Shown in pieces: positions 21,945 to 35,257 of a stretch of DNA of 64,000 bases. The translations under genes were made by a program, and so were the position numbers. The notes under the pieces were generated by a model. The model was not told where the DNA came from and did no database searches. It saw nothing but the letters and a program-made list of their open reading frames with translations. Each line of letters begins with the position of its first letter. Position 1 is the stretch's first letter. The stretch lies in NCBI GenBank assembly GCA_033442325.1, contig JAWQFM010000001.1:604410-668409 (forward strand), in the 5' to 3' direction. Source of the DNA: Salpingoeca rosetta (taxonomy: Eukaryota; Protista; Choanoflagellata).

Positions 21945-22264
21945 TTATGGCTGGCGTGTGTACTTCATAATAACACGACGCAATCCGCTGCTCGTGGTCC
22001 ACACCTCCTGTAGCCAAGACAAGCATAGACAGAGGGCGTGGGTGCGTGTGTGTGTGCGTGTGTGTGTGTGCGTGTGTGCGTGTGAGTATGCGTGCGTGAG
22101 TGTGCGTGGGTGTGTGTGCGTGAGTGAGTGAGTGTGTGAGTGAGTGTGTGTGTGTGTGTGTGTCAAGGTAAGGGACGCAAAAGTGGTGTGTATACATGTG
22201 CAAAGGTTGACGTCACATCTTACACAGAACGTCACGCAGACAGCCGAGTGTACGCGCACATTTG

Positions 22265-22306
<42 letters not shown>

Positions 22307-22524
22307 AAACACACATACGCATGCACCTCTGCTGTCCAGGAGACATCGCTTCTCGCTTTCATCTCCTTTGTGAACGCAGCAACACTCCCACCTGCCGCGC
22401 ACGGGCCATGAAATCAAATCAACGTGCACACAGAGACATGATGTTAATCCGGTGGCTGTCATAGTGTGTGTAACAGTGATGAAATGAATGTCCAGGCAAT
22501 GTGCACACACGGGTGTGAAATAGC

Positions 22525-22619
<95 letters not shown>

Positions 22620-22703
22620 TGTGAGAGGATGCAAGGCGCCACTCACCAACGCCATAGTAGCACGCCTTGGCCGCCAAGAGACTGCAATCATGACCCGCAC
22701 ACC

Positions 22704-22737
<34 letters not shown>

Positions 22738-23612
22738 ATACATGAGTGAGGTACAGTGCATGGCATGACGCAGTGCACGACATTAAACAAACATGGCACA
22801 TGATACATGATACATCATCCGTTGTCAGTCAACTCACACGACGCCGCCTGGCCGCGTGCAGCGAGAAACGAGCGCAGCCAACGGCTGGAGACTCGACTGC
22901 GCATACACCGTTTCCGCCATCATCACCACGTCGTAATAGTGCGTCGGGAACGTGTCCTGCGATGCACACATGAGCGAACACGTGGATGGACAAACAAGCG
23001 TGCGTGGGAACAGTTTTATGGTGGCGCTGTATACAAGCACATACAGGGAGAGCACACACACACACACGCACGCATGCACACGCACACACACACACACGCA
23101 CATACACATACATACAGACACAAGCGCTGCGCGAATGCACTCACAGTTGGGTTTGCCCAATCGCCTGCGAAGAAGCGGCAGCGTGAAGGATCGAGGTTTG
23201 GCGTTGGAGGTGACAGGGCGGATGCGTTGCTGTTCGCCAGGACGTTCGGGACCGTCCACTTGTCGATGACACAGCGGTTCTGGCGCAAGCGGTTGGTGAA
23301 CCCCATGCAAGGGGTGTTTGCGTCGGTGAGCAAGGATGGACGTGCATGAAAGGGGTGGAGTAGAGTCACAAAGTCAGCACAGAGAGGCAGCCCACACACA
23401 CACACACGTCCACACACGCACGTCCACACACACACACGTCCACACACACGTCCACACACACACACACACACACACATAGTCTTGAAAGTCGACGTGTTCA
23501 GCTCCGTGTGCCAGGGCTAACAGGCCAGGATACCCGGCACCGCAGCCGAGCTACACCACCGGGCGATCGAACAGCAGACTGTGAGGAAACTAGCGTGCAC
23601 GCAGTAGCACGC

Positions 23613-23666
<54 letters not shown>

Positions 23667-24239
23667 CGCACAGCAGCAGCACGCACAGCAGCAGCAGCAG
23701 CATCTGACCAAGGATGATCTGAACACGCGAGCGACAAGCAACAACCAGGCACTCACCTCAATCACCGATTTTCCTTCAAAGTTGAAGGAGGTGCGTTGCA
23801 AGTATCGAAGGAGATCAAAGGTACATTCCCACACCTTGAAACCACCTTCATACACGCCCGCCTTCACGTCAACTTGAGTTCGAATGAGCTGGCCAACAGT
23901 GCCGTCACCTTTCTGTCAAAGGTGGTAGATCGATGCCGCATGTGTGAGCTGGTAGGGCAAGCAACGCGCGCTATCAAGGTTGTTTACAGCGACATGGAAC
24001 CACACACACGCACACACACACGCACGCACACACACACACACACGCCCGCGCACCCACGCACCCACGTACCCACGCACCCACGTACCCACGCACCCACGTA
24101 CCCGCGCACCCACGCACCCACGTACCCACGCACCCACACACCCACCCACCCACGCACCCACACACACACCCACACACACACACACACACCCCCACACACC
24201 CACACACCCACACACACACGCACACCCACACACACACGC

Positions 24240-24271
<32 letters not shown>

Positions 24272-24466
24272 GCACACACACACATACACACACGAGCACG
24301 CGCATTTAACGTACCCCTTCTTCCATTGAGATCTCCACAATGCGTTCATTCAGAGCACGAAAAAGAGGGACATCGTCCACTTCGATCAAGTCCACTTGCT
24401 TCTTGCTCGAAACAGCGTCCCCAGGGCCATCACCACTATCATCACCATCACCATCACCATCATCAC

Positions 24467-24497
<31 letters not shown>

Positions 24498-24746
24498 TTT
24501 GAGGCGAGACAGGTGCGGGTTGATGTCTACAATGCCCAGTGCCGGCCCCGCTGCCACATGGTGTTCCCCAGTCTTGGCTCTCTTGCTTGCAACTTCCTCT
24601 CTACTGCTGCCATCACCGCCATCACCAACAACACCACCACCCTTGGCATCACCAGCATCAGCGTCCCCGTCTTCGCTCCCTGTCCTCACCCGCTCCCCCA
24701 CCACATCACCACCACCACCACCACCAAACCCGAAGCTGAACGCCAT
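21945..24746 (-). CDS. METTL18: Histidine protein methyltransferase (METTL18/Hpm1 family)
   Basis: N-terminal [23 protein letters not shown], spliced motif I GKSVIE|[36 protein letters not shown]|GS, C-terminal SGLRRVIMK. Confidence 0.9.
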
Positions 24747-24812
24747 GTCCGCTAACCGAAATTTGTATGAAATTATCCACCATTCTTCCCGACTTCAGCA
24801 AAGACAACGAAG
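24747..24812. promoter_or_regulatory. Putative compact bidirectional promoter, METTL18/JKAMP
   Basis: Only 66 bp separate the divergent ATGs. AT-richer core aaatttgtatgaaattat. Confidence 0.6.
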
Positions 24813-27019
24813 ATGAGCGACAACCGCATCACAGCGCTGCCACCCGACTTGTCGAAATGTCTGGGGTATTGTGGGCGTGTGCCTGAGCCGGGCCTGAATC
24901 TCACGGCCATCGAGTGTGGGATGTGCCCTCGTGCACACCGCTCGGATGGCTATGTATGTGTTCCGTGCGCCGGGCAGCTGGAGGGCTATTCCATTGTCTT
25001 CATTGTCGTGGAGGTTGGTCAGCGGGTGTCGTGCTGTGATGGCTGACTTCAAGGGTGTGTCGTGCGATGGTGAACAGCACAGACACGCACTCAATTGCTT
25101 ACGCAAGCGATACGACACTGTGACTGGTCGCTTGAATGGTGTTGACGTACTCCTTTATGCCTCTGTCGTCTTTCTGCGTATGGCTGCAGTTGCTATCGTT
25201 GTATTTGCAGTATCAAGGAGTGTTTGTGTCCATGACACGATCCTCGACCAAGCGCAAGACACGCATTGCCATCTCCGTGTACTTGGTGTTGGAGCTTGTG
25301 CTCGCAGTATGCTGCACCCTCCTCAGCCTCGAACCAAAGGTGTGTGAGCTTCTTGTGATAGACAGTGTAGCTGACTCAGCACACCTGCCCATTGTTCCCA
25401 TTGTGCCGCATGCCTGCCAGTTGCCTCGTCGACGATCTTCTGTTCTTTTCCAGCATCCACGCTCACCTTCACTCTGTACGCTGTACCGTGCTGACAGGGG
25501 TCGCTACGGGTATATTCCTGTGGCATGTCGCATGTCAACGACTGGTATCCCGTCTTTTTCAACCCAAAGCCCGACTACATTCACGTGCGTTCCTTGTTGG
25601 TTGTTGTTGCAGTGGTGGTGGTGGTAGTAGTGGTGCTGGTGGTGGTGCTGCTGCTGTTATTGTGAGTTTGCGTGCACCAGGCATACCAACACCACCAACA
25701 AGTACAACGATGATAAACACGAGCATCATACAGCTCCATTGTTTATGTGTTCTGTGGTTCACACACAACCCATTGTTTTACCCCTTGTGAACGCCAGTGT
25801 GAACATCTGCCGTCTCTGTTCACTCCGCTCACATGACGCACACGCCGCACCCGCATACACACACATCTTCATGCCACATTTGCTTGCGCATATGTGCACA
25901 TGCCAGGCCGTCCACTGTGCGAATGAGGTTGCCTTCCCGCTCATCACGTTCTATCTCCTCTTTCTCGGGTTTATCGCCGCCATCACGATTCTCATTCGAC
26001 TACCGCTCCTCTACTCACAACGTGCGGCACCCCTTCTTGTGCCTGCGTGTTGATGTTTGGATGCATGTGGGTGCATGTGCATGTGCATATGTGTTGTGTG
26101 TGTGTGTGTGTATTCATGTCTGTAGATGCCTGTGTTTGCTCTTTGTATCTGCCGCTGTGAAGTCCTTTTTCCGCAAGTGCGACAGCCATTCACGATGTGT
26201 GCTACGAGGCTCACGAGCCAAACCCACTTGTTTGCTCCCTAAACCCCAATTCACCTCCCGCCTCTCCGTCCACTTGCCATCATCAACATCACGTGCAGGG
26301 GTTGTGCAAGCAACAGGCGTGGACGCATCATACATGCTGCGGCACACGTGGGCGCTCCTGTTTGCGGTGCCCGTCCTGGCGCTGGTGCACGTTGCCCTGG
26401 GCGGTCTCGTGTTCTATGCGTTTCCCTTTCTCCTCTTTGCGTCTTTCCTCTTCAGCTGCCTCTACGCCGCAGTGTTTCGCGACAACCTCCAGGTGCGCGC
26501 GTGTATGCTTGTGTGTGCGTATGTATGCCTGTGTGCGTTTGCAATATGCGTGTGTATGTGTGAGTATCTCGGATGTGAGTGCCTAACACGTGTGTGTGTG
26601 TGTGTGCGTGTGTGTGTGTCTGTGTTTGCAATATGTGTGTATGTGTGAGTATCTCGGATGTGAGTGCCTCACACGTGTGTGTGTGTGTGCCTTCGTTCTT
26701 CCACCACCACCACCACCTCCTCTTCCTCCTCCTCCTTCTCATCCTCCTCCTCACTGCGACACGATAACGCCGCACTTGTGCAGGCTTTCAAGACGCCATT
26801 GCGGGTGCTGTGGACGGGGTTCCGCTTCTACGTGATACCCTTTGGATGCCTGGTGCGTTTTCTTGCTGTTGATGTGCGAACCACTTTCCGCCTCTGCTGC
26901 ACTCGTGCTGCACCTCTGTCCAACTCAATACTTCCTGTCCCTCCAACTGCCTGTTCTTCATGACCACCGCCTCCTCACTTGACTGTCTCGACCATGCTTT
27001 CGCCTTCACCACCACCGCC

Positions 27020-27051
<32 letters not shown>

Positions 27052-27298
27052 CTTAAACAACAACTTAAACAACAACAACAACAACAACAACAACTTAAAC
27101 AACAACTTAAACAACAACAACAACTTAAACAACAACAACAACAACAACACCCATCACCGACCATCACAGTACTGCATGCGGGAGTTGTTTGGGGCGCGGA
27201 GTGCACTGCATTGGATATGGATTGCACTCGGCCCACTTGTCCCCGCCGCCGCCATCCAGGCAACTTGGCGCTTCACAGACGAGAGACGCTTCACGTGA
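24813..27298 (+). CDS. JKAMP: JNK1/MAPK8-associated membrane protein (ER multi-pass, ERAD-related)
   Basis: CLGYCGR...ECGMCPRAHRSDGYVCVPC N-terminus, DWYPVFFNPKPDY, VHCANEVAFPL, GGLVFYAFPF, C-terminal FTDERRF. These match recalled JAMP family motifs. Confidence 0.88.
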
Positions 27299-27729
27299 CA
27301 ATGTGTATATGTATGTATGTATGTGTGTGTGTGTGTGTGTATGCGTGCTTGATTATATCGCATTGCGCACTTGTCGTGTCGGTGTCTTCCTTCCTCCCCC
27401 TTCTCTTCTTCTTGTTCTTCGATGTTTTATTTGCGGCTGTTCCGCGCTTGCTCTGTGCAAGTTTTTTTCATTCTTCTTTGGTGGAATTGGTTATCTGAAC
27501 TTGACTGGAATACATAACGACTCACATTGCACATGGAAGCCAGTTACATGAGTAAGCACACAAGCACACACACACACACAAGCACACACACGCACGCACA
27601 CACAAGCACACACGCACACACACACATACACACAAGCACACACGCACACACACACACGCACACACAAGCACACAAGCACACAAGCACACACACACACACA
27701 CTCTCTCTCTGGCACGCACAGACCCATGC

Positions 27730-30700
27730 CTACTTGACCGTGATGACGACATCGTTGAATGCGAGCGATCGACGGTTGTGCATGAGCCGCAGGACGGTGG
27801 ATCCGTCGTCCGCCCACGTCAACACCACAACACGCCTGTCCACGAGACACGTGCAGTGAGCGTGCTTTTCGCTTGAGAACAGCGGCACAAGCCCATCCCC
27901 GCGTCCGCGTCCAAGCTGCAGTGCAAGCACGGGGCCAACGCGCACCACCCTCACCTCATCATCACCTTTATCATAAGCATCGTAGTCACCATCATCATCA
28001 TGACCATTAGCTGTCGTCTTCTTTGCGCCATCACCGCGAATGCATGTCGCATCATCGGGCGATAACGCTGTGGCGCGAAGCGGACGCAACACACCACCAA
28101 CACCACCGTGAGTGCCACCATCACCATCCCTGAGCTGCCACACCGCGCATGGTTGCTGGTGTGCACATCCATCCGTCATCGTCATCGTCTGCGTTGTTAT
28201 CGCCGTCCCCATGACGAGTTGTGCAATCTCACCGGTGCTCAGCAGTACATGCGGACAGGGCGGCGGTCGCGCCTGTGGTCGCCGGCGTGGCTGCTGCTGT
28301 TGCTGCTGTTGCTGCTGTTGTTGTTCCTGTGCGTGAGACGCGTGTCCACCAACACTGGGCTCGGTGACATGGGCACCACCAACACCAGCACAGCCACTCG
28401 CGCCATCAACATCAACCAGCGCTTGTATGTCCTTCCCGTCTGTGTCCACACGGATGAAGTTCAGACGCGGCTCCAGCATGCGCGCGAGCCAATACAAACC
28501 ACTGCTGTCCCTGCACAGACAGAACAGCTCTGTGGTGGCGATGGCGGCGATGGTTGCCCGAGCCAGCTCAGGTGCTGTCGTCACTGCTTGTCCAAACAGA
28601 AGCACAGGCTCGTCCACAAGCCTAAAGACAATGTGTGTGTGTGTGTGTGTGTGTTTCAGTGAGTATGCGTGAAAGAGAGAGAGTGTGTGTGAATGTGTGC
28701 GTCAACGGCCACTTAAAACATCCAACACTTGCATTGACCCATTGCTCTCTGCACATTAAATAACAAACAAACACACACGCACGTCCCACATCAGCCCAAA
28801 CCGCCGTCAGCCAAGACATGTGTCGCACCGTATGCCTGTGTTGTCGCGCATGTCTGTACGCAGCGGGCGATGATCGGCAGCTCTGAGCTGGCACGATGTG
28901 AGTAGAGGTGCCAATGTTGCTGCTGGTTGCACTGCAGCTGTTACTGCTCGTGTTCGTGGTGTTGTGACTTGTGCTGGCTGCGCTGTTGTTGTCGCTGTCG
29001 ATGTCGATGTTGTTGTTGCTGGTGCCAGCGTGCTGGCTGTCTCGTCTGTTGTTTGGGGTGGACACGGCCACGTGCACGTGAGCGTGTGCGGCTGCCACGT
29101 GCGGCTGGCGCGAGTGAGGAGCGGGCCAACAAGCAGCGATGTGCCATACGCGCCAATGGATTCCAGCGCCGTGCCTGCAGGCAACACCCAGGCATAACCA
29201 AGAAACAGTTCAGGCCATGAACATAAACAATGGAGTGAATGAGAAAGACAGCGCGGAGACGGTGCAAGAAGGAGGAACAACTGCAATGATCACAGACGTC
29301 ACAGCATCACTTCGACAACAACAACTTCAACAACAACTTCAACAACTTCAACAACTTAAACAACTTAAACGACAACTTAAACAACTTAAACAACAACAAC
29401 AACTTAAACAACAACAACAACAACTTAAACAACAACAACAACAACTTAAACAACAACAACAACAACAACAACTTAAACAACAACTTAAACAACAGCCGCA
29501 CCTGCATCTGGGTTGTCTGCGCGCATGTAGAGCAGATTGTGCTCTGCGGCAACAACCTCCCACTGCCGCGCCACTGCCGCCTGTGCGTTTGCCCACGCCA
29601 GGTGCTTTGCACGTGGGAACGCGTGCTTAGCGCGCGGCGCAGGTATGAACACGGGGTTGGCAATGACAGACGGGCAGAAGCGCAGCGTCTCCTGCACAAA
29701 GTCGTGCACCTCCGCATCCTTGCATATGAGAAGACCGACACGACCGCAACATGTGTCCACCACACCAGGCGTTGTTCCTGCCGTGAACCCAGATGCCTTG
29801 TCGTTGATGTTGCGCTTCCGGTATGCGCCAACAACAGCACCGCCGTCAAATACCAGCGCCGTGTTGAAGCGCTGCGTGTTGCTGCCGCTGCCAGCCACCT
29901 CCGTCCCCGAGCCGGCGACGAGCGTGATGTCAAAGAGTGCCGAGATGCGCTGGAAGTGCGAGAGGTTGTGGCGATCGTCCATTCGCGTCAGCGGCAATCC
30001 CGTCTCCGTGTCCACATCCACGTGCACGCTGCTGAGGACCGACGCTGAGCGCACTCGCATCGCAACCGGCAGAACAGAGTCTTGCTCACGCTGCTGTTCT
30101 TGATGGTGGTGTTGCTGCCACTGTTGTTGATGTTCTTGCGGTCGCTTCTGCTGTTGCTGTTGGTGATGATGTTGGTGTGCTGTTTTTGGGGCGCTCAAGT
30201 TATGTCCCGTGCCATCTGGTACGCGCACACCATCGCCGTTCCACGGGTGGACATCGCCTGCTACCATGTGACCCATCACTTGAACCATGTCGAACACGCG
30301 AAAGGGCGTTGGCAGCGCAAACTCGGGGAACACGAGCAGCTTTGCGTCCATCGGCACGTGAATGTCGTCGCCGGCGTGCCCATGCATGTGCTGTTGCGGT
30401 TGTCTGCCACCGATTGCCGTGAACAGGCGGCGCAAACATGCGTCAAACAGCGTCAGGGCGTCAATCGTTGGCGCCTGGACCACAGCGAACCCCGCAGTCG
30501 TGGCAGAAATAGAGCTTAGCGTGTGCTCCGCGGTGCTGCCAGCACCACGTGTGGAGGGCTGTCGTGTGCGTGACGACGATTGAGGTGGCGAAACTATTGA
30601 TGGCACCGGTGACGTGTGTGTATGGGGTGTTGTTGCAGCGAGGAAGGCGCGGATGGGTCCAGAAGCAAGGCGCTGAAAGCAGTCGTGCACAACGGTGAAG

Positions 30701-30879
30701 TGATGGTGCTGCAGCTTTGCCACACCATCGCGCCACACGCCCTCCCAATCGCGAGTGATCAGCTGTTGCAGATCGGCTTTGAATGCCGGGAGCCACGTGG
30801 GGACGTTCAATGCACTCAACCGCTGCACACCGAGCAGCAACCCTGCACCGACACACATTGGGTGTGATGTGAGTGTGTG

Positions 30880-30953
<74 letters not shown>

Positions 30954-30992
30954 CGTGTGTGTGTGTGTGTGTGTGTGTGTGAGCGTGGTTTT

Positions 30993-31026
<34 letters not shown>

Positions 31027-32286
31027 AAGCGTGTGTGTGTGCATGAACGAATGAGCGAAGCTTAGATGAATGATGATTCATGCGATGCGTGTGAGTGCAC
31101 GGTCACACAGGGCATGCATCGAAAGCAGCTTCAGAGCCAGCGGAAACCACCCAGACGTGACAAGCATCAAGCCATTCCATGCCCACCAAGAGCGCAGTGC
31201 TTCAGGGTGTGCGTGTCAACGGCGTGTCCCGTTTGGTGTAGGCAGAACTCTTTCAGGTCCAGCAGCCATCCGCGCACGCCACCGTCGACAGGCCCATGCA
31301 CGTCGATGCGAGCACTGCTACCGCCACATGCGACGCCGTCAAGAAACGCAATGCTCTCGTGCACGGCACGCTCAATCGAAGCTGTCAGCTTTGCAAGCTG
31401 CGACTCAAACTTGGGCGCCACGCATGTGCACGCCTGGTCAATGTACACCAACAGCGGAGCAGAGCGGTGTGGTGGCAGTGGTGAAGATGCAGCACGCCTG
31501 TTGACATCGTCACGGCTTGGTGTAGGCTGAGAGCCGCTGTGGGCTGCAATGACAATGTTGTATCCGTTGCCGTCGTTCTTGAAAAGCATTGGCCAGCGGT
31601 CCCTGCAGGCAGCAGTGATGATGGTGACGAAGGGGTGAGTGGAGGTGATGCAATGGCAAAGTCGCCGTGGGAGAACCACACAAACACACTCGTGCACGTT
31701 GCGACGTACAAACACATGTACGTACGCACACATACATACATGCATATACGATGTGATGCTCACGTGTGATAACACACGAGGAACTGGTGGCTCTGCGCCG
31801 CAGTCATTGATCTCAAAGAGGCAGAGTACACACCAGTTGTTGACGAAGACATCAAAGGCGACGGAGACGCCGATGTTGACGGCGTTCATGCGGCCAATGG
31901 ACGTCCCGCAATCCAGCAGCCTGTTGACGTGCAAATGGAAAGAAGGAGGGGGGAGTGGGCGTTGCGAAGGCTATGTGAGCCACAGCCGCATGATGTGACA
32001 GTGCATACTTGTGTGAATGCATGTGGTTGTGTGTGTGTGTATATGTATCTATGTATGTGTGTGTGATGCAGGATGACAAAGTTAAACGGCAGAGAGCGAC
32101 GCACGGTTGAATGGCGTGAGGTCCACAGGTGGAGAACGTTGTGCTGCCGACATGTGGCATAATCTGTGACGCGGTATGCACGGTGCGAAGTGAGGTGTGT
32201 GAGTGGACCTGTGCGAAGCAAGGGACTTCAGCGGCTTGCTAGTATGAATGTCTGTGCATGTGGAAATGCCAGTGTATGTATGTGTG

Positions 32287-32366
<80 letters not shown>

Positions 32367-32917
32367 ATGGCGAGCACCTGACGCGCGTGTGTGTGTGCGC
32401 GCGCGTGTGTGTGTGTGTGGTCGTCAATGGAGTCGCGTACTTGAACAACTGTGCCAGAGGCCTTTAGGATGACGTGGTTGCCGTTGTTGAGTGTGAGGTG
32501 AAGCACACTTGATCCCAGCTGCTGTGCGCCGACGATGAGCTGGGTCTTGCCTGCTGGTGCTTTGGGTCTGCTTGTTGCTGTCTCCATCTTCCTTGTTGAC
32601 GGTGTTGAAGACCAAGCCATTGGGCGCGCAGCACGTAAAGCCGCAGACGATGGCAACGGCGGCGGAGGGGGAGGTGCTGATCCTTGATCTCGTGATGGTG
32701 GCGGCGGGGGTGGTGGAGGTGGGGCTTGTGTTGGTGGAGGGGGTAGCGGCAGTCCTTGATCTCGTGGTGGAAGAGGAGGAGGAGGAGGAGGTGGTGGTGG
32801 TGGTGGTGGTGGTGGTGCTGTACGCTCCTGCTGTGAAGGTGGGATAGGTGGTGGTGGTGGTGGAGGGGGTGGTGGTGGTGGTGGTGGTGGGGCTAGTCCT
32901 TGACGCCAATTCGACAT
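27730..32917 (-). CDS. Polyproline + actin-fragmin kinase-like domain + carbon-nitrogen hydrolase (nitrilase) domain + unknown C-terminal domain
   Basis: ATG 32917 with Pro-rich exon to 32441. Spliced [13 protein letters not shown]|[18 protein letters not shown]...LVYIDQ resembles the actin-fragmin kinase core. Downstream are [27 protein letters not shown] and GTSLLVGP (nitrilase E-K-C triad). The 3' end is uncertain (27730, or a small extra exon near 27470-27505). Confidence 0.8.
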
Positions 32918-33190
32918 GGCTGGCAAAGTGGCTGGCAAAGTGGCTGGCTGGCTGGCTGATCCAATCGTTCCTCCTCTTGCTGCTGTGATGCGTCGACACG
33001 CTGCGCGACGTGCGTGTGTATGTACCGGATGCTGCTGGGGGGTGTGTGGTCGTGTGAATGAACTGTCGTCCACCAGCCAGCCCACCAGCAGCACCAACCA
33101 CACACTGCCACTGCCAAACAACAAAGTCCTTCCACCACTTCTCTCTGTGTCCAAAAATAACCCGGCGCACACACACACACACACACAACG

Positions 33191-33539
33191 ATGATGGCGT
33201 TTGGTGGCTGGGTTGGCGTGTCGATCAGCGTGGTGCTGCTGCTGCACGCCGCATACTCCGCGAGTAGATGTACGTATGCTGTGACGGCGCGCGAGGGCAC
33301 GTGGGTGTGAGTTGCGCGCGCGCGTGTGCTTGCGCTTCGCGTGCAGAGGCGTGCAAGCGTGTGTGGGGCTTGCTTGCGAGATGTGACATCTCACACGCTT
33401 ATTTCACGCGCACGTGTGTGCATTGATTGCGGTGTGCAGATCACAGCTATCTCAAGATCAATCATGAGGAGTTTGAGTCCCTTCCCATCGACGTCAGTGT
33501 GTGTGTGTGTGTGTTGTGTGCTCTGTGTGTGTGTGTGTG

Positions 33540-33572
<33 letters not shown>

Positions 33573-33995
33573 GTGTGCTCTGTGTGTGCTCTGTGTGTGT
33601 GTGTGTGTGTGCTGTGTGTGAGTTGCGTGTGATGATATGGCCGTGGTTGACATGCGCGCTCGCAGTGGGTATGCTTGTTTGTTTCTTGACCTCCTTGTCG
33701 TTTGACGCTTGGCAACCTTCTCATTGACTTTGCGTTTCCTTGGCTTCCTTCTCCCTTTCCTTACCACGTTATGCTCACGTCTTTCCGTTTCCATCCCTGT
33801 CCCCTTACGCACTTAACTGATTCGCAGATTGTGGTGCAGACGGTAGCCGCCATGATTGTTGGCATGGTTGCCATTGTTGCACTCAACACAAACTTTGCCG
33901 ATATCCACCTCACATCCCGCCTCAAGAGCAAGTGCGTGTGCGTGTGTGTGTGTGCGCGCGTGTGTGTGTGATTGTGTGTGTCTATCTGTGTGTTG

Positions 33996-34027
<32 letters not shown>

Positions 34028-34357
34028 CGTGCATGTGTGTGTGTGTGTGTGCGTGTGCGTGTGTGTGTGTACATGTGTGCGCATGTGTACATGTGTGTAC
34101 ATGCGTGCGTGCGTGTGTGCGTGCGTGTCGACAAGTCCATGTGCATAACCATCGGTTTCCTTTGCCTCTCTTCATATGTGGACGTCCTTGTGTATGTTAC
34201 GTCACCTCTCACAACCCACCCCTGTCCTGCCCACCCCTCCCCCCCCCCCACCACACACACACACACATTCAGGACGTGGGAGACGGCGTGTCCGAAAGCA
34301 GCCTTCCGCACCTTCCACAACACCCGTCACTCCTTGATCCACAACAAGGCGCATTGA
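33191..34357 (+). CDS. MMGT1: ER membrane protein complex subunit 5 / membrane magnesium transporter
   Basis: Four exons giving LLLHAAYSA..YHSYLKINHEEFESLPID|IVVQT...FADIHLTSRLKSK|TWET...AFRTFHNTR, the MMgT/EMC5 signature. Confidence 0.9.
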
Positions 34358-35257
34358 GAGCCGGTGGCCCCCCCCCCCGCGCGCATCCACGTGCCTTGTT
34401 TCCACTCCTCCGTGCTCTCTGTCACATCATGCCTGTCTATCTGAGAATCAATTCAACTCACATAGCCTTGACGCATGCGCAACTCACCTGTCCCAGCATT
34501 TCACATGCCCCCCCCCCCTCGTGAATACACGCTCTCCTACCATCTCAAACAGGCACTCCCTCTGCAGTCGTTAGCTCTATCTCTCTCTCTCTCCCTCGCG
34601 CACGTCAGCGTCCATGCCTCATCTTGTCTTGTCTGCCCCTCCTCTTCTTCCTCACTGCCACATTGAATTGTCACGTCGTGTTCCAATACAAGCAAGCGTG
34701 TGTATTGCATGCAATTGAGCTGCTAGACGTCTGTGTTGACGGCGCGTGAAGCGAGTGTGCACATTCACCACCCGAGCAACACACCATGGTCAGATATGGA
34801 CACAACAAGCTGGCTTCTTGAAGTGGGGTCTGCAATGTGAAGAAAAGAAACAAAACAAAAGAGAACGCAACTGTGTTGTGGAGTGGAGGCGTGGTGGGTG
34901 GTTGTCTAAGTTAAACGAGCATAACAAAATCAAAGTAATGCTAATAATGGCGCAAGATAGGCATATATGGATGGATGGATGTATGTATGTACACAGCCAA
35001 AGCAGGCGCAAACGCGCGCAGCGAATAAACAACATCAACGAGAACGGGGCAAGGCAACCCCAAATGTACAAAGGCGTTCGCATCGCCTTTCTGTGTGCAA
35101 CACAAGACGCAGCAGATGGAAAGACAAAGGTGAAGCGAATGGCAAGGGTAATGTGATCCACTCAAATCAACAGAACCTGCAATCATCACCACCACCGTAG
35201 GTGCAAACTACTAACACCACCAAGGGTAGCAGAAGCGACTCCATCCAGCCGCAGGTG

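Noticed and set aside
34746-35156. 136-aa ORF between EMC5 and the bZIP gene
   Set aside because: AT-richer, no motif and no ATG start in good context. Likely 3' UTR of the bZIP gene.
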